Source: Macrostomum hystrix
Lineage: Eukaryota > Animalia > Platyhelminthes
Direction of reading: 5' to 3'
NCBI GenBank assembly: GCA_950097015.1
Contig: CATNEN010000001.1
Span: 11,470,001 to 11,534,000 of the forward strand
DNA: 64,000 bases
The notes under the pieces were generated by a model. The model had not been told where the DNA came from and searched no databases. It saw only the letters and a program-made list of their open reading frames with translations. Position numbers and translations under genes: made by a program. Of this stretch, positions 50,501 to 62,391 are shown piece by piece; the stretch's first letter is position 1; each line of letters starts with the position of its first letter.

Positions 50501-53401
50501 AGGTGCCCGGCTGGCTACGAGTCCGTGAGTGCTGTCTAGCAAAGTTTGAGTAGTTTAAGGAAGAGCGAGATGTAAGAAAAGAATCGAGAAGTAACAATAG
50601 TTAACGCAAGGACCACTGGGAGTAGAAGGCCTGGAAACTAAGTTTCTTAGAAATAGTTTGGGAGGCTGGTTTTCGAAGAAAAATACAGCACGGATATTTG
50701 AATAAATGTTTTCACACTTAAATGGTGGAAATAACACGGAAACACCCACTGCTCCCAAACCGAATGACCGATTTTTATAAAAGTCCAACTTTTGGATCAA
50801 AATATTCCGCCGTAAACCATTAACCATTAACTTCCAAAGCCGTACGGGTCAGCATCGTCTAGATACTCAGCGAATCTTGTCGAAGAACCTGGCGAGAAGG
50901 ACATTGCTCTGTGTGAACCTTTATGGCGAATCCACTCGTATAACCGTTGAGAAAAGAAAAAAAGATAAATTTAGTGATTTAATAAATATAATAGTCAAAA
51001 ATAATAGCCACGATTACATAAAAAATTTGTGAGCAGAAAGTTTTGCCTATATTGCTGTTTTTTTGCCACCAGACACCCCGACTAGAATCTTTGAATATCT
51101 CGATCTCGACGCAGTCGATGTTTTCTGATTCCATAAGTTGTTTGATCGGATGGAGCGGAAAATTAAAACAGTTTTCTGGATATTAATGGCGATTTGTTGA
51201 ATATTTTAGATATACCGAAAAAAATAAAAACAATTTATATTTTTTTTTTCTACTCGAATATGGTGGTCCATGATTTAACGTCGTATGAAGATGACTACAC
51301 CGTCGCAACCTGTTTAAAACCTGTCAATCAATGCCACCGCATCTCCAGGTGAAGCTGCTGACGGTGGAGGGCAGTCGCGGCAGCCGCTGCTACGAGCGCC
51401 GCAAGAGCTGCTGGCTTTTCTTCTCTTGCCACGCTGGCACCGACTGTTACGAGAGTGTCAGCACGCTAGACTCGTTCTGGTGCGCCGCGTCTAGAACTGG
51501 ACGACTGCCGCCCAGCTCGGGAATGACCTACGGCGGTTCGTTCTCGCCTAGGTGAGATTATCAGAGAGAGTGGCAGACGTACCTGTACACACACCTGTGA
51601 CACGTGAGGCAAAAAGCAGTCAGATTTTAGGCAGTTTTAATAATTTTTAACGTTTTGTCTTCGACAAGAATCGCTGCCCTGTAAAATCGCTGCGGCTGCT
51701 TCTTCGGCGGGTTTTTTGTGCAAAATAGGAGTGGAATCTACCAAAATCCCCCCTATCTCGCAAGAGTTAAAGAAACCACCCAGGAAGCAGCCGATGTAAC
51801 CGTAAATTGTGCGGAAACCGCCGAAGAATCACCCGAACCAGTGGCCCATGGGACAACCAGAGAATTATTTACGGGCGATTCCTCGGCGGTTTCTGAGCAT
51901 GGAATCTTCCGAACTGGAGGATTCTTTAGGTGATTCGATTTCGCCACCAAGAAGCACCGATAAAACGCCCAGTTGGGTAGATTCTAAGCATGGAATCATC
52001 CGATTGGTATGTTTCCAGCGTTCGGCTGTTTCTTTTTCTGGAAACACCGCAGATTCCAACTGGAATCACCCAAAGAAACATCCCTATTTTTTAGCGGGTT
52101 AATATCTTGACGATGCTGACTCGTACGGCTTTGGAAGTTAGTTCATCGTATGGGGCGGAAAATTTTAATCCAAATGGTGGACTTTCACAAAAATCGGTCA
52201 TGTGTTGTCCTTCCCCAGGTTCAGCAATCCAACTACAGATGCCAAGGCCTGCGGCGACGGCTATCGACCGTACCTGATCGCTCGCGACATCAGCATCTGC
52301 CTTAGCGCCGACATGCAACAGCAGTCGCTGGGATCCCGGCTGCCACTGGGCGGCCTCTTCACTTGCCAGGCTGGCAACCCGCTGGCCGAAGCTGGCAGGC
52401 CCATTGTCGCCTCGAGCCGGATGCTCCTAGCCAGCGCACCTGGCAGTTCGCCGAAGCGCTGCCCGGACGGCTTCACTCAGTCAACCATCGATGTGGTTGA
52501 CGGCTGCGAGTTGATGCAGTGCGTTCGGGCCAGCTCAGATAGTTCAAGGCGGTTTGCGGTCAAGAGGCCACCGTTTGAATCCGCCGACTATAAGTATTCC
52601 GGAGCCCCGGTGACCATGGTTGAAGAAGGCGGCAGACGATGGATATATAACGGCAGCATCTGGGTAAGTCCAGGAACCCTGTCGTCTGCGTGTGTTTCCT
52701 GCACGGCTTTTGGGTAAGATAGCTAATTAATCTCCCGTTAGACAGCTAGTTAATCTCCAGAACTAATTGAGCTCCACCTGCTAGACACAGTTAATTAAGC
52801 TCCACCCCACCTGTTAGACAGAGCTAATTAAGCTCCACCCCACCTGTTAGACAGAGCTAATTAAGCTCCACCCCACCTGTTAGACAGAGCTAATTAAGCT
52901 CCACCTGTTAGACAGAGCTAATTAAGCTCCACCTGTTAGACAGAGCTAATTAAGCTCCACCTGTTAGACAGAGCTAATTAAGCTCCACCTGTTAGACAGA
53001 GCTAATTAAGCTCCACCTGTTAGACAGCTAATTAAGCGTCATCATCCTCCGTCACGGCACAGCTCTACGTCGGCTACTTCGGCTCCCGGCTGTCCGCAGC
53101 AGTCGACTTCAGAGATTCGCAGGTGAGCGGCGGTTATTCCGCGGGTTCAATCGGAGGCTTGGTGGCGTTAGTGGCAGCCACCTGCTTGGCAGTTCTCATT
53201 GTGGGCATTTTGGCCTACAAGAAACTGCGCAACAGGCTGAGCCGTCGACAAAGTCGCGGACCCTATCGACGCCTGGACGACGAAACTGCCAGCACGCTGG
53301 CGAACGGTGGGCAAGGCTCGTATGGCACAGTCGGGGCCTGCGACGGCACAATGGACACGGTGCCGGCTGTTCAGCCACAAGGGCCAGCCAGCAATGTCTA
53401 A
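47558..53401 (+). CDS. MPEG1: Macrophage-expressed gene 1 / perforin-2 (MACPF + P2 + TM), 755 aa; exons 47558-47711, 48381-48819, 49402-49848, 50284-50524, 51349-51551, 52219-52663, 53063-53401
   Basis: Signal peptide; hallmark VLPGGGWDNLRNRDMG; MACPF signature FGTHVVTSVDAG; GCQDPNSANFDPLANVDGVC and NPMTGDFRCPAGY motifs; C-terminal TM helix (IGGLVALVAATCLAVLIVGILAY) followed by a basic tail. Exon phases are consistent. Confidence 0.93.
47953..48150 (+). mobile_element. SINE family A, truncated, in MPEG1 intron 1
   Basis: Head and body similarity to family A. Confidence 0.8.
49124..49235. repeat. 17-bp repeat CACTACCACGGGGGCGT
   Basis: About 6 copies in MPEG1 intron 2. Confidence 0.85.
49937..50223 (+). 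mobile_element. SINE family A in MPEG1 intron 3
   Basis: Similarity from the head to the 3' stem-loop. Confidence 0.85.
50754..51132 (+). mobile_element. Second copy of the unclassified dispersed element
   Basis: Same start (cccaaaccgaatgaccgattttt...aaagtcca) and end (gatgttttctgattc) as 41250-41495. Confidence 0.6.
52095..52201 (-). mobile_element. Third, partial, inverted copy of the unclassified element
   Basis: The reverse complement reads atgaccgatttttgtgaaagtccacc...aacttccaaagccgtacgagtcagcatcgtc. Confidence 0.65.
52735..53036. repeat. 28/33-bp minisatellite GCTCCACCTGTTAGACAGAGCTAATTAA
   Basis: Tandem array in MPEG1 intron 6. Confidence 0.93.
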
Positions 53402-53599
53402 ATGCCACTGATTGAAAACTAAGTTACAATTGCGAAAGAGAGTTTAGCTGAAGACTTTTTTTACAATAGAAATCCAGGCCAGCTGAATCAGCGAAGGCAC
53501 AATATGCTTGTTATCCCAATTAACAATACTTGCTGATTCTCGATACGATAAAAGTATGGGATGCGCTATGGGATGACAATGATAAAAATTATCATAATA

Positions 53600-53720
53600 A
53601 AAATAATTGCAGCAGGGGCTGCGGGTAATGGCACATCGTCAGGCAGTGTGCAATCTCACTGTGCCTGAGAGGTTGGTCCTCAAGGGCCCCAAATGAACGA
53701 GGCCTCGGCGTGGAATCGTG
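53600..53720 (-). mobile_element. SINE family A fragment
   Basis: gggctgcgggtaatggcacatc...ctcactgtgcctgagaggttgg matches the reverse complement of family A. Confidence 0.7.
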
Positions 53721-54589
53721 GAAGCTAAAAAACTTTTATCAAGAAGAAGACAAAAATGTTTTTAAACGTTTTTTTAGTCAGTAAATTTTAATTAGCAAAC
53801 TCGCAAGGCCGATTTATTGAATTTATTTATTTTTTTATCAATTTCATAAGAAAATACACTATATATGAATAAGCAGTAAAAATGGCAAAAATGAAGAACA
53901 GTAATTCAATATTTACTACTCTTTATCGACATCTGAAGCAAAAGAATTCGCGCCAACTTAATATTATTTTCTGGTCGCATTTCAACAGTTAATAGGTTTG
54001 ACTTTTGTTTAAAAAATAATGGATAACAACATATTTGGCGCCAATTCAAAGTATTTGCACCAAATAAACAATAAGATAATTGCCAGACCCACTGTTCAGT
54101 TCTTTAGCACCGCTGTTTTGTTTAAGCACTTTACATGAAACCAAAAAATCGATCAGCAACAAAGGAAACTAAATATTACTCGAGTATGTTTCAAGCGCGC
54201 AAAATCACAGTTTATTCCCGACTAAACACAAAATACCCTACTTATAGTAGTGTGATAAACAAATAAACCTATATTTTATAGCCAATAGGGTACCCGAATA
54301 TCTTTAAGTAGAATCTTATTTGTTTCAGTAGCAAATATGACAAATAAAGTCACCAAATAGGTTTTAGCAGCGGGCAGGTAGGCATCCATATCAGAAAATT
54401 ATAAATCTAAAACAATTAGATAAAGCTACACAAGATGGGGAAGTGACACGATTGCAGCAGCTATGATTATGAAGGCGAGAAAGTAACATGAAGACACTGC
54501 AACAGGTGAACAGTGTGCCTATTGTACTGATCCTTGCTCTTTTAGAAATTTCTACTCAACTCACCAACTTAATTTATACTGTGCTGGAG

Positions 54590-55610
54590 GAAACTAGTCA
54601 ATATCTACTGTACTCAAACCTATTCAATTCTCTATTGTACTCAAACCTACTCAATCTCTACTGTACTCAAACCTACTCATCAATCTCTACTGTACTCAAA
54701 CCTACTCAATCTCTACTGTACTCAAACCTACTGTCATCAATCTCTACTGTACTCAAACATACTCATCAATCTCTACTGTACTCAAACCTACTCTCATCAA
54801 TCTCTACTGTACTCAAACCTACTGTCATCAATCTCTACTGTACTCAAACATACTCATCAATCTCTACTGTACTCAAACATACTCATCAATCTCTACTGTA
54901 CTCAAACATACTCATCAATCTCTACTGTACTCAAACCTACTCTCATCAATCTCTACTGTACTCAAACATACTCATCAATCTCTACTGTACTCAAACCTAC
55001 TCTCATCAATCTCTACTGTACTCAAACCTACTGTCATCAATCTCTACTGTACTCAAACCTACTGTCATCAATCTCTACTGTACTCAAACATACTCATCAA
55101 TCTCTACTGTACTCAAACATACTCATCAATCTCTACTGTACTCAAACATACTCATCAATCTCTACTGTACTCAAACCTACTCTCATCAATCTCTACTGTA
55201 CTCAAACATACTCATCAATCTCTACTGTACTCAAACCTACTCTCATCAATCTCTACTGTACTCAAACATACTCATCAATCTCTACTGTACTCAAACATAC
55301 TCATCAATCTCTACTGTACTCAAACATACTCATCAATCTCTACTGTACTCAAACATACTCATCAATCTCTACTGTACTCAAACCTACTCTCATCAATCTC
55401 TACTGTACTCAAACATACTCATCAATCTCTACTGTACTCAAACCTACTCATCAATCTCTACTGTACTCAAACCTACTCATCAATCTCTACTGTACTCAAA
55501 CCTACTCATCAAACTCTACTGTACTCAAATCTACTCAATATCTTCTATAACCTACTCAATCTCTACTCCAACCTACTCAATCTCTACTACAACCTACTCA
55601 ATCTCTACTT
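54590..55610. repeat. 29/31-bp minisatellite TCTCTACTGTACTCAAACATACTCATCAA
   Basis: Tandem array just downstream of the SLC25A51 stop codon. Confidence 0.95.
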
Positions 55611-55658
55611 AAACCGATACTTAAGTAGGTTGCCCCAGACAGGCTCAGCATTAGTAAT

Positions 55659-58222
55659 CTAGAACAGATAATTAGAGAAGAACTCGTAGGAGGCGGTCAC
55701 AACGCCCCAGGCCATCATGGACCTAAAGCAGTTAGGCAGGGCGCCGCGGAAGAGCCTACGAATGCTGCGACCGCGGCTGACGTATTCAACTCGGAGACAG
55801 GCCAGGCAGGAGGTGTAGGGGCCGCCAACCGTCTTCTGCATGTGGGTCTTGGCCACGTTGAACGGATAGTTGAAGATTGAGAGCAGGGCTCCGAGAGCAG
55901 CGCCGTTGGCGAAGTCTCTCAGTGGTCCCGGTCGGCCCGGAGCTCGGCTCTCCATCTCGGCTTTGAGCACAAAGTAGAGCACACTGCTGAAACCATTGCG
56001 ATAGAGAATGGCGGAGAAGCCGCGGTACCATTCCAGTAGGCCGTGCTGGCGCCACAGCTGGCCGAATGCGTGGAATGTGTGCCTGCGGTCATGCGGATCG
56101 AATGAGCGGCGTCATACACCATGAGAACGGTCATACAACTTGAGTAGGAAGGGTTATTAAAGTCGAGAAGGAATGGTCATTCAAGAGAAGGAATGGTCAT
56201 TCAAGAGAAGGAATGGTCATTCAAGAGAAGGAATGGTCATACAAGAGAAGGAATGGTCATTCAAGAGAAGGAATGGTCATACAAGAGAAGGAATGGTCAT
56301 TCAAGAGAAGGAATGGTCATTCAAGAGAAAGAATGGCCATATAAGTTGAGAAGGAAGGATCATAGAGATTGAGAAGTAATGGTCATTTAAAATGACAAGA
56401 AAGATTCATTCAAGTTGAGAAGGACGGGTCACGATTGTTGTGGAAAACGTCCAGACTTTTGGAAGAAACGATCATAATAAATAGGTCATACGGTCATGTT
56501 TATAGATACGGTCATGCTCATAGATACGGCCATGCTTATAGATACGGTCATGCTCATAGATACGGTCATGCTCATAGATACGGTCATGTTTATAGATACG
56601 GTCATGCTCATCGATACGGTCATGCTCATAGATACGGTCATGCTCATAGATACGGTCATGCTCATAGATACGGTCATGCTCATAGATACGGTCATGCTTA
56701 TAGATACGGTCATGCTTATAGATACGGTCATGCTCATAGATACGGTCATGCTCATAGATACGGTCATGCTCATAGATACGGTCATGCTTATAGATACGGT
56801 CATGTTTATAGATACGGTCATGTTTATAGATACGGTCATGTTTATAGATATGGTCATGCTCATCGATACGGTCATGCTTATCGATACGGTCATACTCAGC
56901 AGTCTCACCTGTAAGTAGCCTGATATCGTTGATCCTGCAGCAGGGTTTGGACCCGTTCCAATGGCATCAGGGAAGCTTCGCAACTGCCAGCTAAAAACGC
57001 GGCCAAAGCGTTTCGCGTTTTCGCATTCCAACTGGGCGATAGCCGAGCCAGCTCGATGGAGAAATTCGCGTAGCAACCGAATAGAAGGCTGAGATTGCAG
57101 ATGCGCTGAAGCAGAGGCGGCAGTACGCCTCTGAGTGAGATGGTGGAGGGCGGTTTTCAAGATTTAGCAGCGGATTTCTAGACTTAGGGGCGGAATTTAA
57201 TATTTAGGGGTGGATTTTAATATTTAGGGGCGGAATTTAATATTTAGGGGCGGATTTTAATATTCAGGGGCGGATTTTAATATTTAGGGGCGGAATTTAA
57301 TATTTAGGGGCGGATTTTAATATTTAGGGGCGGATTTTAATATTTAGGGGTAGATTTTAATATTTAGGGGCGGTTTTTAATATTTAGGGGCGGATTTTAA
57401 TATTTAGGGGCGGATTTTAATATTTAGGGGCGGAATTTAATATTTAGGGGTGGATTTTAATATTTAGGGGCGGATTTTAATATTTAGGGGCGGAATTTAA
57501 TATTCAGGGGCGGATTTTAATATTTAGGGGCGGAATTTAATATTTAGGGGTGGATTTTAATATTTAGAGGCGGTTTTTAATATTCAGGGGCGGATTTTAA
57601 TATTTAGGGGCGGATTTTAATATTCAGGGGCGGATTTTAATATTTAGGGGCGGATTTTAATATTTAGGGCGGATTTTAATATTCAGGGGCGGATTTTTAT
57701 ATTTAGGGCGGATTTTAATATTTAGGGGCGGATTTTTATATTTAGGGGCGGATTTTTATATTCAGGGGCGGATTTTTATATTTAGGGCGGATTTTAATAT
57801 TTAGGGGCGGATTTTTATATTTAGGGGCGGATTTTTATATTCAGGGGCGGATTTTTATATTTAGGGGCGGATTTCAATAGTTAGGGGCGGATTTCAAAAA
57901 TCAAGGGCGAATTTCTAGATCCAAGGGCGTAATTAAAAGTTTTTTTTAAACAGACATTAAAAATAGAGGATATAATATTGCGTACAGAATGTAGTCCAGT
58001 GTCTCACCGATAAACAGATAAGAATTCCTGCCTCAATACCTGATCAGCGGCCGTTCTAAACCTGATATTCAACAATTGCTGCCTGAAGATGATCTTATGC
58101 AATGGAAAGCCAACAATTACATTTGTAACGCCGGACAAGCCGCCGCAGACGAATTCCATTGAGCCATCGCGACTGCGCTGCTGCTGCTGCTGCTGTTTAA
58201 CTGGCGAGGTTGGCGACATCAT
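55659..58222 (-). CDS. SLC25A51: Mitochondrial carrier SLC25A51/MCART1-like (putative NAD+ transporter), 286 aa; exons 58222-58008, 57130-56909, 56082-55659
   Basis: The spliced product contains FPLHKIIFRQQL, YRGVLPPLLQ, PLERVQTLLQD, WYRGFSAILYRNGFS, YPFNVAKTHMQ and LFRGALPNCFRSMMAWGVVTASYEF. These give three carrier repeats with SLC25A51-type variant signatures. Both introns are phase 2. Confidence 0.92.
56165..56345. repeat. 20-bp repeat AAGGAATGGTCATTCAAGAG
   Basis: In SLC25A51 intron 2. Confidence 0.9.
56484..56895. repeat. 18-bp repeat TAGATACGGTCATGCTCA
   Basis: In SLC25A51 intron 2. Confidence 0.95.
57165..57900. repeat. 20-bp repeat TATTTAGGGGCGGATTTTAA
   Basis: Fills most of SLC25A51 intron 1. 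Confidence 0.96.
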
Positions 58223-58344
58223 TGTATTGGCTGGATCGCACTCTGAGCTCTGTCCAGCCTGATGCTAGCTGGACTGCTGAGCCTGTGCCCGCTGGAATCA
58301 TGTCACACAGCTGTTGCCATTGCCTGCATCCGTAAACTGTCTTC

Positions 58345-60430
58345 CTCTATTCCTACTCGTCGGTGATCTATTCCTACTCGTCTGTGATCTATTCCTACTC
58401 GTCTGTGATCTATTCCTACCTGTCTGTGATCTATTCCTACCTATCTGTTATCTATTCCTACCTGTCTGTGATCTATTCCTACCTGTCTGTGATCTCTTCC
58501 TACCTGTCTGTTATCTATTCCTACCTGTCTGTGATCTATTCCTACCTGTCTGTGATCTATTCCTACCTGTCTGTAATCCATTCCTACCTGTCTGTAATCC
58601 ATTCCTATCTGTCTGTAATCCATTCCTACCTGTCTGTGATCTATTCCTACCTGTCTGTTATCTATTCCTACCTGTCTGTTATCTACTCCTACCTGTCTGT
58701 GATCTATTCCTACCTGTCTGTTATCTATTCCTACCTGTCTGTGATCTATTCCTACCTGTCTGTGATCTCTTCCTACCTGTCTGTTATCTATTCCTACCTG
58801 TCTGTGATCTATTCCTACCTGTCTGTAATCCATTCCTACCTGTCTGTGATCTATTCCTACCTGTCTGTGATCTATTCCTACCTGTCTGTAATCCATTCCT
58901 ACCTGTCTGTGATCTATTCCTACCTGTCTGTGATCTATTCCTACCTGTCTGTAATCCATTCCTACCTGTCTGTAATCCATTCCTATCTGTCTGTAATCCA
59001 TTCCTACCTGTCTGTGATCTATTCCTACCTGTCTGTTATCTATTCCTACCTGTCTGTTATCTATTCCTACCCGTCTGTGATCTATTCCTACCTGTCTGTG
59101 ATCTATTCCTACCTGTCTGTGATCTATTCCTACCTGTCTGCGATCTATTCCTACCTGTCTGTGATCTATTCCTACCTGTCTGTTATCTATTCCTACCTGT
59201 CTGTAATCCATTCCTACCTGTCTGTGATCTATTCCTACCTGTCTGTTATCTATTCCTACCTGTCTGTGATCTATTCCTACCTGTTTGTTATCTATTCCTA
59301 CCTGTCTGTGATCTATTCCTACCTGTCTGTTATCTATTCCTACCTGTCTGTGATCTATTCCTACCTGTTTGTTATCTATTCCTACCCGTCTGTGATCTAT
59401 TCCTACCTGTCTGTGATCTATTCCTACCTGTCTGTGATCTATTCCTACCTGTCTGTGATCTATTCCTACCTGTCTGTGATCTATTCCTACCTGTCTGTTA
59501 TCTATTCCTACCTGTCTGTAATCCATTCCTACCTGTCTGTGATCTATTCCTACCTGTCTGTTATCTATTCCTACCTGTCTGTGATCTATTCCTACCTGTC
59601 TGTGATCTATTCCTACCTGTCTGTTATCTATTCCTACCTGTCTGTGATCTATTCCTACCTGTCTGTGATCTATTCCTACCTGTCTGTGATCTATTCCTAC
59701 CTGTCTCTGATCTATTCCTACCTGTCTGTGATCTATTCCTACCTGTCCGTGATCTATTCCTACCTGTCTGTGATCTATTCCTACCTGTCTGTGATCTATT
59801 CCTACCTGTCTGTTATCTTCTGTTATCTATTCCTACCTGTCTGTGATCTATTCCTACCTGTCTGTGATCTATTCCTACCTGTCTGTTATCTATTCCTACC
59901 TGTCTGTTATCTATTCCTACCTGTCTGTTATCTATTCCTACCTGTCTGTTATCTATTCCTACCTGTCTGTTATCTATTCCTACCTGTCTGTTATCTATTC
60001 CTACCTGTCTGTTATCTATTCCTACCTGTCTGTTATCTATTCCTACCTGTCTGTTATCTATTCCTACCTGTCTGTTATCTATTCCTACCTGTCTGTGATA
60101 TATTCCTACCTGTCTGTGATCTATTCCTACCTGTCTGTGATCTATTCCTACCTGTCTGTGATCTATTCCTACCAGTCTGTTATCTATTCCTACCTGTCTG
60201 TTATCTATTCCTACCTGTCTGTTATCTATTCCTACCTGTCTGTTATCTATTCCTACCTGTCTGTTATCTATTCCTACCTGTCTGTTATCTATTCCTACCT
60301 GTCTGTTATCTATTCCTACCTGTCTGTGATATATTCCTACCTGTCTGTGATCTATTCCTACCTGTCTGTGATCTATTCCTACCTGTCTGTGATCTATTCC
60401 TACCTGTCTGTGATCTATTCCTACCAGTCT
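58345..60430. repeat. 21-bp minisatellite CTATTCCTACCTGTCTGTGAT
   Basis: About 100 copies, beginning about 120 bp upstream of the SLC25A51 ATG. Confidence 0.97.
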
Positions 60431-60924
60431 TCTGTACAGCAATCTGCTTGTTGGTGTTAAGACAAAATAGATACAAAGAAGCAGTTTAATAGCGGAGAAG
60501 GTTTGAGTCGGGCTCGCTATATTTTGATGCTCATATTTTCACAATTAAGCAAAAATCTTATTTGTTGCAAAACTTGAGACAAATTAGGACAAAATATGAA
60601 AACACGCATAGGTTTGGAATTTCATAAATTTTACAAAGCACAATTGAACACATCGTATTGCAAAATAGCCCCATAAACCGAACGGAAAATTGATAATCCC
60701 ACACCCAAAAGCCATCCTTTACCAATCATAGTAGCAGCAGGAGCTACAGTACTGTCAACTGATAATATTAAATTAAAGCAAAAAATGCAATTTACAGCAG
60801 CTATATTTACACCGAGAACAGAAAAAACGAACGCATAAGGCAGCAAAACACTTTGTGCGAAAGATGTGACAGACAAAAAAACTATTAAAAACTCTAATTA
60901 TAACCCCAATTTCAAAATATATGC

Positions 60925-61935
60925 TTGACAACAGCAGCTACCTGATAGACATCTGCAGCTACCTGTTAGACATCTGCAGCTACCTGTTAGACATCTGCAG
61001 CTACCTGTTAGACATCTGCAGCTACCTGTTAGACCACTGCAGCTACTTGTTAGTCAACTGCAGCTACCTGTTAGACAACAGCAGCTACCTGCTAGACAAC
61101 AGCAGCTACCTGTTAGACAACAGCAGCTACCTGTTAGTCAACTGCAGCTACCTGTTAGACAACAGCAGCTACCTGTTAGACAACTGAAGCTACCTGTTAG
61201 TCAACTGCAGCTACCTGTTAGACAACTGAAGCTACCTGTTAGTCAACTGCAGCTACCTGTTAGACAACTGCAGCTACCTGTTAGACAACTGCAGCTACCT
61301 GTTAGACAACTGCAGCTACCTGCTAGACATCTGCAGCTACCTGTTAGACAACTGCAGCTACCTGTTAGACAACTGCAGCTACCTGTTAGACAACTGCAGC
61401 TACCTGTTAGACAACTGCAGCTACCTGTTAGACAACTGCAGCTACCTGCTAGACAACAGCAGCTACCTGTTAGACAACAGCAGCTACCTGTTAGACAACT
61501 GCAGCTACCTGTTAGTCAACTGCAGCTACCTGTTAGACAACTGAAGCTACCCGTTAGTCAACTGCAGCTACCTGTTAGACAACTGCAGCTACCTGTTAGA
61601 CAACAGCAGCTACCTGTTAGACAACTGCAGCTACCTGTTAGACAACTGCAGCTACCTGTTAGACAACTGCAGCTACCTGTTAGACAACTGCAGCTACCTG
61701 TTAGACAACTGCAGCTACCTGTTAGACAACTGAAGCTACCCGTTAGTCAACTGCAGCTACCTGTTAGACAACTGCAGCTACCTGTTAGACAACAGCAGCT
61801 ACCTGTTAGACAACTGCAGCTACCTGTTAGACAACTGCAGCTACCTGTTAGACAACTGCAGCTACCTGTTAGACAACTGCAGCTACCTGTTAGACAACTG
61901 CAGCTACCTGTTAGACAACTGAAGCTACCTGTTAA
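60925..61935. repeat. 21-bp minisatellite CTGCAGCTACCTGTTAGACAA
   Basis: Tandem array. Confidence 0.96.
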
Positions 61936-62391
61936 GACAAATTTAGGTACCTTAACAGTCTAAGACATTGAAACAGCTGTCAATTTGTCCTATGTTTCTA
62001 CAAAATGCTGCAAAACCTAGAATTGAGCATAATTTCTATTGCTCTAGATTAGACATTCCCCAGGTTATCATCTCGCGTAGTTCATAAACAAAAACAAGCT
62101 AATATACACGTTGTACAGAATTTCATTCATTCTGAATGAATATATACATTTTTCACGTATAAATAAGTCGAAACAGCAAAACAAAATAGACATTAGCATC
62201 AAAGCTCGTAGACTGGTATCCGGGTGGTTTGACGTAACGGTAATTTTAGAATAGATAATAACTGATTATACAACAGATAGAAGCTTAGCTTTCATGAAGG
62301 TCGGAAAATTTCATTAGCAGATTAATTGAAAAAATGAATAACTGGCATTGAATGCGCATTCAACTACTACTACTGGCTCCAAGCAGTAAAA

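Noticed and set aside
54488-55612. 374-aa ORF
   Set aside because: Translation of a 29/31-bp array that cycles through frames.
58314-60489. 510-aa, 708-aa and other ORFs (LFLPVCD / SVIYSYL / RQVGIDH repeats)
   Set aside because: They are translations of a 21-bp array that is open in several frames on both strands, with no unique coding flanks.
58345-61935. CAGGTAG as a Zelda/TAGteam site cluster
   Set aside because: The motif is present, but Zelda is arthropod-restricted and nothing else here points to that lineage or function.
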